Source: Eledone cirrhosa
Taxonomy: Eukaryota
Length of the DNA stretch: 60,108 nt
NCBI GenBank assembly: GCA_964016885.1
Contig: CAXHJY010001541.1
Span: 1 to 60,108 of the forward strand
Direction of reading: 5' to 3'
Positions within the stretch are counted from its first letter, which is position 1, and each line of letters opens with the position of its first letter. The position numbers and the translations under genes were made by a program. This document shows positions 39,189 through 60,108 of this stretch, one piece after another. The notes under the pieces were generated by a model, which made no database searches, was not told the DNA's origin, and worked only from the letters and a program-made list of their open reading frames with translations.

Positions 39189-39529
39189 CATCATTCATCA
39201 TCATTTCATTTTACGTCCACTTTTCCCTGCTTGCAAGGGTGGGACGGGAACTGATGCTGGCTTGATTTCTACAGCTGGATGCCCTTCCTAACACCAACCT
39301 CATTTACAGTGAGTGCTGGGTGCTTTTTTGCCGTGGCGCCTACACGACCACTTTTCAGTGGAATGATATGGACCCCAGTCCCTATCATCTCATTTCTACA
39401 GCTGAGTAAACTGGAGCAACATGAAATAAAGTGCCTTGCTCAAGGAAACAACACATCACCCGGTCTGAGAATTGAACTCACAACCTTTCGATTGCAAGGC
39501 CAATGCTCTAACCACTAAGCCATGTGCCT

Positions 39530-39531
<2 letters not shown>
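39189..39531 (-). mobile_element. Full-length CORE-type SINE with RTE tail, in (TA)n
   Basis: A box TGGCTTAGTGG, B box GAGTTCAATTC, CORE-like domain, (GAT)n tail. Confidence 0.9.
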
Positions 39532-47420
<7,889 letters not shown>

Positions 47421-47622
47421 CAGTATTAGTTATACTATTTATGGTTATGTAAACACAAAACCTTAAGCAGTTGTAAGTATTTTACACACACCCTAAATAG
47501 TGGTAGGCAGTAATGTATTACTACCTTATTACCAGTAAGTTAAGTAGCTCAATGTAAAAACATCAGATGATTTACAGAGCAGTTATATGAAATATAAGAA
47601 TCAAAGAACTGTTCAAAACATT

Positions 47623-47675
47623 ATTGTGCTTACAGCTGTTTCCTCCAAACCGAGGTTTGGATTCTTCGGAGCAAT
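47623..47675 (-). ncRNA. Hammerhead ribozyme (family C, CCGAAGA core)
   Basis: Reverse complement of 48628-48680. Confidence 0.7.
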
Positions 47676-48627
47676 TTATTAATGCATGGACAGTTATATG
47701 ACCTCCTTTTCAGCCGAGAGACATACCAATACATATTCAAACATTGATACATATTCAAACATTGTGGGTCAACATTCATTACAGAATTTAGAGTGGCAGT
47801 ACACACTTCGAGATTACATTTATATTCGAGATTACATCCCTGCGCTGTGCATCTCCAATACTTATAACACTTATAAAAGTGTTATAAGTATTGGAGATGC
47901 ACAGCGCAGGGATGTCAAGTAATTCATGTACTTCGGCATTTTCATGGTCAAGGGAGTGTATATTTCGATTATATGCCTTTCACATAATCCACGACAATTC
48001 ACACACACACACACTTCCGGTATTCAATGGCGTCTCTCGAAACGTAACAACCTCCTGTATCGAACTAAAGAACACCAGACTACGATCTCTAACTGAATTG
48101 TCGTGGATTATGTGAAAGGCATATAATCGAAATATACACTCCCTTGACCATGAAAATGCCGAAGTACATGAATTACTTGACATCCCTGCGCTGTGCATCT
48201 CCAATACTTATAACACTTTTAATGCTTGCACTATCTTTAATGCTTATAATATTTCTCCACACACAGACTATATCAATCATATAAAGACTTTGCCACCAGA
48301 TCTACCAACCTAACACTCTTATTTACCTACCTAAGTGCCTCTACCACACATATCTCTCTGCCACACTATATAAACAAGACGCACATGCGTGCCACACATA
48401 TAACATTTGCACTATATAACCACTTATCTTCATGTTGTACTTTAACCTATATCTTTGATTTTTGATTGTACCTATTAATATAAATGTAATCTCGAAGTGT
48501 GTACTGCCACTCTAAATTCTGTAATGAATGTTGACCCACAATGTTTGAATATGTATCAATGTTTGAATATGTATTGGTATGTCTCTCGGCTGAAAAGGAG
48601 GTCATATAACTGTCCATGCATTAATAA

Positions 48628-48680
48628 ATTGCTCCGAAGAATCCAAACCTCGGTTTGGAGGAAACAGCTGTAAGCACAAT
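48628..48680 (+). ncRNA. Hammerhead ribozyme (family C, CCGAAGA core)
   Basis: Stem I TGCT/AGCA; CCGAAGA 48634-48640; stem II TCCAAAC/GTTTGGA; GAAA 48661-48664; stem III palindrome ACAGCTGT; GUA site. Confidence 0.7.
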
Positions 48681-48904
48681 AATGTTTTGAACAGTTCTTT
48701 GATTCTTATATTTCATATATATATATACATACATATATATATATACATACATATATATATATACATACATATATATATATATATACATACATATATATAT
48801 ATACATACATATATATATATACATATACATATATATATATACATATATATATATATACATATATATACATATACATATATATACATATATACATATATAT
48901 ATAC

Positions 48905-48985
<81 letters not shown>

Positions 48986-48996
48986 TATATACATAC

Positions 48997-50820
48997 AATT
49001 TTCGCACTGAACTACCTGTTAGATTAATCGCCCCCTCTAAATCTGATCTGGGGGTTGTTAGTAAAGCCATCTTGGATAGGATTATCCCACAGGTTAGTTT
49101 TAATTGCTCTTCTTTAAACCTAAATTTATGGTTTGGTACTTCTGAAGTGATTGGCTGGTTCAACAAATTGGATAATAAAAACAAACTAAAATTTATTCAA
49201 TTCGATATTGCCAGCTACTATTCCTCCATTTCGCCTTCACTTCTCAATAATGCTCTATCTTTCGCACTTAAATATTCTGACATCACCACAGATGAACTTC
49301 ACATCATCCTCACCGCACGTAAAACCATCCTAGAGTTCAACAACGAATATTGGACCAGAGCCGATACCTCTAACAACTTCGACATCACAATGGGAGCATC
49401 CGATTCATCCCAATTGACTGATTTAATTGGTATCTTCATTTTGAACTCTTTGAGTCGGAAAATTCCTCAACTTCGCGGTGGAATTTATCGTGACGATGGA
49501 CTCTTTACTATCCTAAATTGCAATATAGTTAAACTTAATATTATTAAGAACAATATACGTAATCTCTTTAACCAACATAACCTAAAAATTGAATTTGATA
49601 ATAGTATCAAACTAGCTAATTTCTTGGATGTATCTCTTAATCTTGACACTGGCCTATATTACCCTTACCATAAAAACAATGAGAATCTTAATTATGTTAA
49701 CTTTAAATCTAACCATCCTACCAATATCAAGAATGCTATAGTTAATAATTTTGGAAATAGAATATCTAACATATCTTCTAATAAAAACATCTTTGATGCT
49801 AACGCCAATTACTATAATAACGCACTTTCTAAAGCCGGCTATCCAGATAAAATCAAATATAATAAAGAAACAAATTCTAGGAAAACTTACAGTAGAATAA
49901 TTAATCATGACCATTCCAATATTTTTAATAAAAGACCTAGATACAAAAACATAATCTGGTATAATGCTCCTTTCTCCATCTCTATTAATAACAATATTCC
50001 TAAATTATTTTTTAGTGCCTTAAATAAATGCTTCCCTCCCTCACATATCTATAGTAAAATATTTAACAAACACACCATCAAATTTTCGTATTCTACATCC
50101 TCCAATATTTCCAACATCATCTCTAAACACAACAACAAAATATTAAATACTAAATCTCTTCCTTCCAATATTGAATTTCATAATAACAGTAATAGTACTC
50201 CCGACGTCATTGTAAACCCTAGGCTAACTTCTGTAAACCCAAATACAACATCAAACACAACTTCGCTAAATGTTCATAATCCAACCCTAAATCAAGAAAC
50301 TATTATTCCTATTATTCCTATCGCAAACAACTTCTCCAATCCAATTCCTTCTATAGATAACACTAGATCACTCATTAATAATCTCTCTAATTGCAACTGC
50401 CGCATTAAAAATAAATGTCCTCTCAACAACCATTGCCTCGATAAAAACTTAATTTATGAATGTAAAATTATAACTAGCACCAATTCCTTCACCTATTTTG
50501 GCTCCACTTCCACCTCTTTTAAAGCTCGTCTCTATAATCATCATTCATCTTTCAAATACAAACTTAAAAGAACTAACACTGCTCTCTCAGAACTCATATG
50601 GTCCTTAAAAGACAAAAACATTAAATATAACATCTTTTGGAAAAAGATTTCTTCTGCATCCTCATACTTGAACAGCTCTCTATCTAAAATCTGTAATCTC
50701 TGCCTAAATGAAAAATTTACCATTATCTCTAACCTAGATTCTATAATAAATAGACGCTCAGATTTGTTTTCTATCTGCCTGCATAAATTCCATAGAACTT
50801 TTCACAAAGTATACAGTTAA
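48997..50820 (+). CDS. PLE reverse transcriptase and C-terminal GIY-YIG endonuclease (607 aa open, N-terminus missing)
   Basis: [56 protein letters not shown]. Confidence 0.9.
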   Translation, partial: NFRTELPVRLIAPSKSDLGVVSKAILDRIIPQVSFNCSSLNLNLWFGTSEVIGWFNKLDNKNKLKFIQFDIASYYSSISPSLLNNALSFALKYSDITTDELHIILTARKTILEFNNEYWTRADTSNNFDITMGASDSSQLTDLIGIFILNSLSRKIPQLRGGIYRDDGLFTILNCNIVKLNIIKNNIRNLFNQHNLKIEFDNSIKLANFLDVSLNLDTGLYYPYHKNNENLNYVNFKSNHPTNIKNAIVNNFGNRISNISSNKNIFDANANYYNNALSKAGYPDKIKYNKETNSRKTYSRIINHDHSNIFNKRPRYKNIIWYNAPFSISINNNIPKLFFSALNKCFPPSHIYSKIFNKHTIKFSYSTSSNISNIISKHNNKILNTKSLPSNIEFHNNSNSTPDVIVNPRLTSVNPNTTSNTTSLNVHNPTLNQETIIPIIPIANNFSNPIPSIDNTRSLINNLSNCNCRIKNKCPLNNHCLDKNLIYECKIITSTNSFTYFGSTSTSFKARLYNHHSSFKYKLKRTNTALSELIWSLKDKNIKYNIFWKKISSASSYLNSSLSKICNLCLNEKFTIISNLDSIINRRSDLFSICLHKFHRTFHKVYS

Positions 50821-51793
50821 TATTCAATTCTTTATCAATTTAGAATCTTTTCTCAAAGGCACATATACATACACCTCTTTAAAATATACCCATCTACCTT
50901 ACTTTAAAGGGCATTATACACTCTATAATACTCGTTTACTCATTACCCTCATTCTATCTTCTCGTAAAATAATAACATTTGTTTTTGACATTTTGAATAT
51001 TCATCCGCAATCATTATTATTTTTTCTCTCTATCATAAATCTTTTTAATCTCAATTTCATCCTTAATTTATTATTATTTTTTTTTCTCCCCATCAACGAA
51101 CTCATTATTAATACATATCAATTCAATATACAAACTTTAACTTCACATTATTTTTCTCAAATCCTTCTACACACAAACCTTAACAATTTTTCTCTTCGCT
51201 AATTTTGAAATTGCCACAATACATACATTTCTTCTTTTGACGTTAGAATATTCACCCACAATTATTATTTTTTTCTCTCTATCTTCATACATAATTTCCC
51301 TTCGTTAATTTTCAAATTCCTTTAATTTATACATTATCTTCCAACGGTTCCCAACCTCTCTATATTAAAACAATATATCTTTTTCTCAGTTATAAAAACT
51401 ATCTCTTTCTCTCTATCACCCATCTCTCCCTCTCCACCTTCACTCTCATCTCCTCCCCCCTTTTTTTCATCCTTCCTGCCCCCCCTAAATAAAATATTTT
51501 TTCCTCGCACATATCCTCCCTTCGTTAATTTTCAAAATTTTTAATTTATACAGTATCTTCCAACGGTTTTCAACCCCTCTATGTAAAAAATATATCTCCT
51601 CTCAGTTATAAAAACTATCTCTTTCTCTCTATCACCCATCTCTCCCTCTCATCTCCTTCCCTTTTCATCCCCCCCCCCCTCTCTAAATAAAATATTTTTC
51701 CCAATATCACACATCAATCTAAAACCACTTTTCATATGTTGATTTAAAACTGCACTATCAACAAGTGTTTTTAGCCTTCATATCATGTTCTCC

Positions 51794-51864
51794 TGTTTTA
51801 TCTGATGAAAACACAAATATTATTGCTTGATGATGTTTGTTTTTGAAATGCGCATAATAAAATA
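51794..51864 (+). ncRNA. Type I hammerhead ribozyme (family A)
   Basis: CTGATGA 51802-51808, GAAA 51845-51848, ATGCGCAT; stems as at 4749. Confidence 0.85.
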
Positions 51865-51999
51865 TATGGAACTCCTTTAACCATCTTTTGATCTTATATA
51901 TATATATATATATTTATTATATGTGTGTGTGTATATATATCTTTATATATGTGTATGTGTATGTGTGTGTATGTGTGTGTGTATATATGTATATGTGTG

Positions 52000-52094
<95 letters not shown>

Positions 52095-52161
52095 GTGGGT
52101 ATGTATGTGTATGTGTGTATATATATGAGTGTGTTTATATATATGTGTATAGATGTGTGTG

Positions 52162-52225
<64 letters not shown>

Positions 52226-52226
52226 T

Positions 52227-53243
52227 AGCTCTTTCAATTGCGCAGAGGGTTCTATAGAAATAGTGGACAGCTTCCGTTACCTGGGCGATAAAATCAGCAG
52301 TGGGGGAGGGTGCTCTGAAAGTACTGTAGCTAGAGTCAGAACTGGTTGGAAAAAGTTCAGAGAGCTTATACCACTATTAGCTGCTAAAGGGTTCTCACTA
52401 AAAATGAAAGGCAGGTTGTACGATGCCTGCATACGAACAGCAATGCTGCATGGCAGTGAGACCTGGGCATTGTGTGCAGAGGATATACGCAGACTAGAGA
52501 GGAACGAAGCTTGCATGCTCCGCTGGATGTGTAACAGTAATATACGTGAACGGCAAAGCATAAACGAACTAAGGAAAAAATTAGAGATAAGAGGGATCAG
52601 ATGTTGTTTACTCGAGAGAAGGCTACGTTGGTATGGACACGTGATGCGCATGAAAGTCGATAGCTGTATAACAAAGTGCAGGGCAATAAAGATAGACGGT
52701 AGTCACGGAATAGGCAGACCTAGAAAAACCTGGGACGAGCTGATAAACTCCGACATCACACACTTACACCTCTCCAAGACAATGTCACTGGACCGAGACC
52801 TTTGGCGGTACTCAGTAACAGAGAAGACCCGCCTTACCTAAATATATAGTAAAACCTACTCTAGCCAGTAGGCATCTCTAACAAAATACACCCCGTCCCA
52901 CCACCCCCACCCCCACCCCATCCACACCACCCCCCCCGTTCTATGTAAAGTTATGTTGGTGCCGCGCCATCGAGGCCGAAACAAATGAGATCGTGTAGGT
53001 GTCACGACAAAAAAACACACAGTCCACGCTGTAATGTGGCCGTGTAGGCAACACGGTAAAAACCTCCCAGACCCACACTGTAAATGTGGTTGGTGTTAGG
53101 AAGGGCATCCAACTGTAGAAAACCTGCCAGACAGTCCTATGCGAGCAAGACAATCACTCTTGCCTCAAGTGGGACTACCCCCGTCCAAACCCATACAAGC
53201 GTGGAACACGGACGTTAAACGTTGATGATGATGATGATGATGA
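52227..53243 (+). mobile_element. 5'-truncated RTE-clade LINE (RT C-terminus open 52227-52841, 3' UTR, (GAT)n tail)
   Basis: [29 protein letters not shown]. Confidence 0.9.
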
Positions 53244-53275
53244 TATATATATATATATATATACGTGTGTTGTGA

Positions 53276-53315
<40 letters not shown>

Positions 53316-54297
53316 GTGTGTTGTGAATGTATATATATATATATGTATGCGTGTATGTGTATATATATATATATATATATGTGTGTATATGTGTATGTCT
53401 ATGTATTTATATGTGTATATGTATGTGTCTCTATATGTATGCGTGTGTGTATGTGTATGTGTATTTATATGGTGTGTGTATGTATATGTATGTGTTTGTG
53501 TATATGTGTATGTATATGTATGTATATGTATGTATGTGTATGTATATGTATATATATATGTATATGTATGTATATCGATGTATATTTTATATTTTACTTG
53601 TTTATATATATATATGTATATATATATGTATATATGTATATATATGTATATATATATATGTATATATATGTGTGTGTGTGTATGTGTGTATATATATATA
53701 TATATATTTTCTTGATATATTTCTTTTTTCTTTTCTTTTCTTTTTATTTCTAAGTTTATAGATACATTTATAAATAGGCAGTCTGCTGACACCGTTGAAT
53801 ACTGACCTCTCCCCCCCCCCCACCTATTTTCTGTATCTGGATCTAAATATGTGTGGCAGTGTTTATGTGCGTGCATTAATGTCCATATGCTTATGATAAT
53901 AGTATATACACATGTGTGTGGGGGTGTATGTGTGTATGTATGTTCGTGGTTATGTGTATGTTTATGCGTATACGCGCGTGTGTGTGTGAATGTACGAATA
54001 TGTGTGAGTATATGAATGTGTGTATATATTTATTTTATATTTATATGTGTATACGCATTTTATCTGTAGATTATAAACATACAGAGACATTAGCCTTGAA
54101 TTTTTGTATTTACATACATCTTTTTGGCATGCGTATGCATGTGGACTTATATCTTTATGCATATCTGTGAACGAAGTTACTTACATATATATACACACAC
54201 CTAACTGTATAAATTTTTGTATTTTCATTGGTCAATTTGAACTCTGTTCCCAAACAGACCTGTAATTTTGAATTGTTGTTATTATCAATAAATATAT

Positions 54298-54452
54298 TTC
54301 ATTATTTCTGAAGACGGCATACATATGTGTTTGGTATGTATATTTAATTTTGATAGTTTGTATAATTTTGTATAATTTTGTACATAGATCTGTTGAATAT
54401 GCATGCCAATTCTAACACATATATATCCTAGAAACGATCGTTAAATAATGAA
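54298..54452 (+). ncRNA. Type I hammerhead ribozyme with very long stem II (family E)
   Basis: Perfect 10-bp stem I TTCATTATTT/AAATAATGAA; CTGAAGA 54308-54314; stem II ATACATATGTGTT/AACACATATATAT plus an inner stem; GAAA 54431-54434; stem III palindrome ACGATCGT; GUU site. Confidence 0.8.
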
Positions 54453-54661
54453 CTTTTTTTGTTTAATATAAGGAACTGTTTCATTGTTTTATTCATTATT
54501 TTTTTAATATTTTATCTTGACTCTGTATTCCGTTTATCTTTCACCGAAAGTGATTTTTCATTGCATCTCTTCTTTCCATGATATCCGGATTACATTGAGT
54601 TCTTCATACGGATTGGACACTACCGTAAACTCTTGGTAGATTTATCTACATATATACATAC

Positions 54662-54706
<45 letters not shown>

Positions 54707-54713
54707 CATATAT

Positions 54714-55005
54714 GTAGGAGGTGAGTTTTATTGTAGTACAATAAAGCAATGCAGATATCGGATAAGAAGCACTCTACAGTTTGTAGGACTGGAGTATACA
54801 TAATATAAGAACAAAAGATGGTTAAAAGAGTTCCATGTATTTTATTATGCGCATTTCAAAAACAAATATCATCATGCAATAATATTTGTGTTTTCATCAG
54901 ATAAAACAGGAAGACATGATATGAAGGTTAAAAAACACTTGTGGATATGTTGATTTAAAACTGCACTATCCACAAGTGTTTTTTAACCTTCATATCATGT
55001 CTTCC

Positions 55006-55006
<1 letters not shown>
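54714..55006. mobile_element. Fold-back family A copy with a short right arm; HHR on the minus strand at 54838-54908
   Basis: Colinear with 4437-4671; IR 54908-54947 / 54967-55006. Confidence 0.85.
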
Positions 55007-55057
<51 letters not shown>

Positions 55058-55114
55058 CATATATATACATACATATATATTCATACATATATATATATAC
55101 ATATATATATGTAC

Positions 55115-55146
<32 letters not shown>

Positions 55147-55352
55147 ACATATACATATATACATATACATATATATACATATATATATATACATATACAT
55201 ATATACATATACATATATACATATACATATATACATATACATATATATACATATACATACATATATACATATATATATATACATACATATATACATATAC
55301 ATATATACATATACATATATATATATACATATATATATATACATATATATAC

Positions 55353-55387
<35 letters not shown>

Positions 55388-55399
55388 CATATATATACA

Positions 55400-55433
<34 letters not shown>

Positions 55434-55448
55434 CATATATATATATAT

Positions 55449-55795
55449 GGAGGCATATGGCTTAGTGGTTAGAGCATTGGCCTTGCAATCGAAAGGTTGT
55501 GAGTTCAATTCTCAGACTGGGTGATGTGTTGTTTCCTCGAGCAAGAGACTTTATTTCACATTGCTCCAGTTTACTCAGCTGTAGAAATGAGATGATAGGG
55601 ACTGGGGTCCCTATCATTCCACTGCAAAGTGGTCGTGGAGGTGCCACGGCAAAAAAGCACCCAGCACTCACTGTAAATGAGGTTGGTGTTAGGAAGGGCA
55701 TCCAGCTGTAGAAATCAAGCCAGAATCAATTCCCGTCCCACCCTTGCAAGCAGGGAAAAGCGGACGTAAAATGAAATGAAAATGATGATGATGAT
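55449..55795 (+). mobile_element. Full-length CORE-type SINE with RTE tail, in (TA)n
   Basis: A box 55458-55468, B box 55501-55511; inverted near-copy of 39189-39531. Confidence 0.9.
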
Positions 55796-58692
<2,897 letters not shown>

Positions 58693-58880
58693 TAATTTAA
58701 TATATCAACTAACATAGGCGCACAGATGTACGTCCATGCCAGCAAATACACAGGTTATGTCATAGTACCTAGGTGGTTCAATGCAGGAGGGTGCAGAACA
58801 ATAATATAAAAGACGTAAAATAAGAAAATATTTTTTTAAAAAATTTTAAAAAAATTTTTTACTTACTTACTTAAATTTTC

Positions 58881-58962
58881 ACTCCAACTAATTAGTTTCT
58901 GCAATGGGATAAAGACAGTTACATAATCCAACTGTCGAGAATTCATTGCGTCATCAGGGAGT
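58881..58962 (-). ncRNA. Type I hammerhead ribozyme (family D)
   Basis: Reverse complement of 59313-59394. Confidence 0.8.
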
Positions 58963-59312
58963 CTATTCTCAGCTGAGCCTCCAGGCAATGCGCGGACACT
59001 GGCGGCTCATATAAAAATAATTAATTCGGTAGAAAGAACAGCTAGGCGAGGACTGGATTCTATGTACTGAAATTCTCAATGCTTCCAGTCAAATGGCCGA
59101 TTCTAAAGAATCAATCACGTGACATAGAGGCTAGCTATAACTAGCCTCTATGTCACGTGATTGATTCTTTAGAATCGGCCATTTGACTGGAAGCATTGAG
59201 AATTTCAGTACATAGAATCCAGTCCTCGCCTAGCTGTTCTTTCTACCGAATTAATTATTTTTATATGAGCCGCCAGTGTCCGCGCATTGCCTGGAGGCTC
59301 AGCTGAGAATAG

Positions 59313-59394
59313 ACTCCCTGATGACGCAATGAATTCTCGACAGTTGGATTATGTAACTGTCTTTATCCCATTGCAGAAACTAATTAGTTGGAGT
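59313..59394 (+). ncRNA. Type I hammerhead ribozyme (family D)
   Basis: Stem I ACTCC/GGAGT; CTGATGA 59318-59324; stem II GCAATG/CATTGC plus GACAGTT/AACTGTC; GAAA 59376-59379; stem III palindrome ACTAATTAGT; GUU site. Confidence 0.8.
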
Positions 59395-59867
59395 GAAAAT
59401 TTAAGTAAGTAAGTAAAAAATTTTTTTAAAATTTTTTTAAAAAATATTTTCTTATTTTACGTCTTTTATATTATTGTTCTGCACCCTCCTGCATTGAACC
59501 ACCTAGGTACTATGACATAACCTGTGTATTTGCTGGCATGGACGTACATCTGTGCGCCTATGTTAGTTGATATATTAAATTATCTATATTTATCTCCAAA
59601 TCACTGATTTGTCGAGCAAACCTGCCAAAACCACTACAAAATTTTTTTTGGGGTGTTAGTAGGCGTCAGTCATCTTACCATCCCATTCCTTCTAACTAGC
59701 CTCTATGTCACGTGATTGATTCTTTAGAATCGGCCATTTGACTGGAAGCATTGAGAATTTCAGTACATAGAATCCAGTCCTCGCCTAGCTGTTCTTTCTA
59801 CCGAATTAATTATTTTTATATGAGCCGCCAGTGTCCGCACATTGCCTGGAGGCTCAGCTGAGAATAG

Positions 59868-59949
59868 ACTCCCTGATGACGCAATGAATTCTCGACAGTT
59901 GGATTATGTAACTGTCTTTATCCCATTGCAGAAACTAATTAGTTGGAGT
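59868..59949 (+). ncRNA. Type I hammerhead ribozyme (family D, second tandem copy)
   Basis: Identical to 59313-59394, offset by 555 nt. Confidence 0.8.
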
Positions 59950-60016
59950 GAAAATTTAAGTAAGTAAGTAAAAAATTTTTTAAAAATTTTTTTAAAAAAT
60001 ATTTTCTTATTTTACG

Positions 60017-60108
<92 letters not shown>

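Larger units (their letters stand above)
47421..48719. mobile_element. Non-coding fold-back HHR element (family C) with nested inversions
   Basis: Outer arms 47584-47826 and 48477-48719 (243 bp) with a 163-nt left extension; inner IR 47874-48001 / 48094-48221; hairpin 47834-47872 / 47877-47915. Confidence 0.85.
48996..51899 (+). mobile_element. 5'-truncated Penelope-like element (family A; Nematis-like by motif pattern)
   Basis: RT plus GIY-YIG ORF, a 1.1-kb 3' region ending in an HHR-bearing repeat, and (TA)n on both sides. Confidence 0.9.
58686..60026. mobile_element. Non-coding HHR element (family D): 449-bp palindrome arms plus a 555-nt tandem unit; retrozyme-like
   Basis: Arms 58686-59134 and 59141-59589. 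Unit 59138-59692 is repeated partially at 59693-60026 (2 substitutions seen). Confidence 0.9.

Noticed and set aside
55449-55520. tRNA gene
   Set aside because: The A/B boxes belong to a SINE head that continues into the CORE domain and LINE tail.

Overview
Repeat-saturated animal genomic DNA, most likely octopus or another cephalopod (inferred from tRNA-derived Meta- and CORE-type SINEs and multi-kb (TA)n arrays). The only host gene recognised is CDK7 on the minus strand: its last two coding exons are 29625-29760 and 28341-28372. Everything from 29761 to the window end appears to be one intron of more than 30 kb, built of (TA)n/(TACA)n arrays filled with retroelements. These include an apparently intact CR1/L2-group LINE (CCCH ORF1, APE-RT ORF2, candidate -1 frameshift), a truncated CR1, an RTE, two Penelope-like elements (PLEs; RT and/or GIY-YIG) and SINEs. 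The main hidden signal is a set of about 15 type I hammerhead ribozyme (HHR) motifs from about 7 sequence families. Most have a palindromic stem III, and most sit in asymmetric fold-back (inverted-repeat) insertions within (TA)n. One is a non-coding 555-nt tandem unit (58686-60026) resembling a retrozyme/circRNA precursor. Long YI/IY-repeat ORFs in the ORF track are microsatellite artefacts. All structures were folded by eye.
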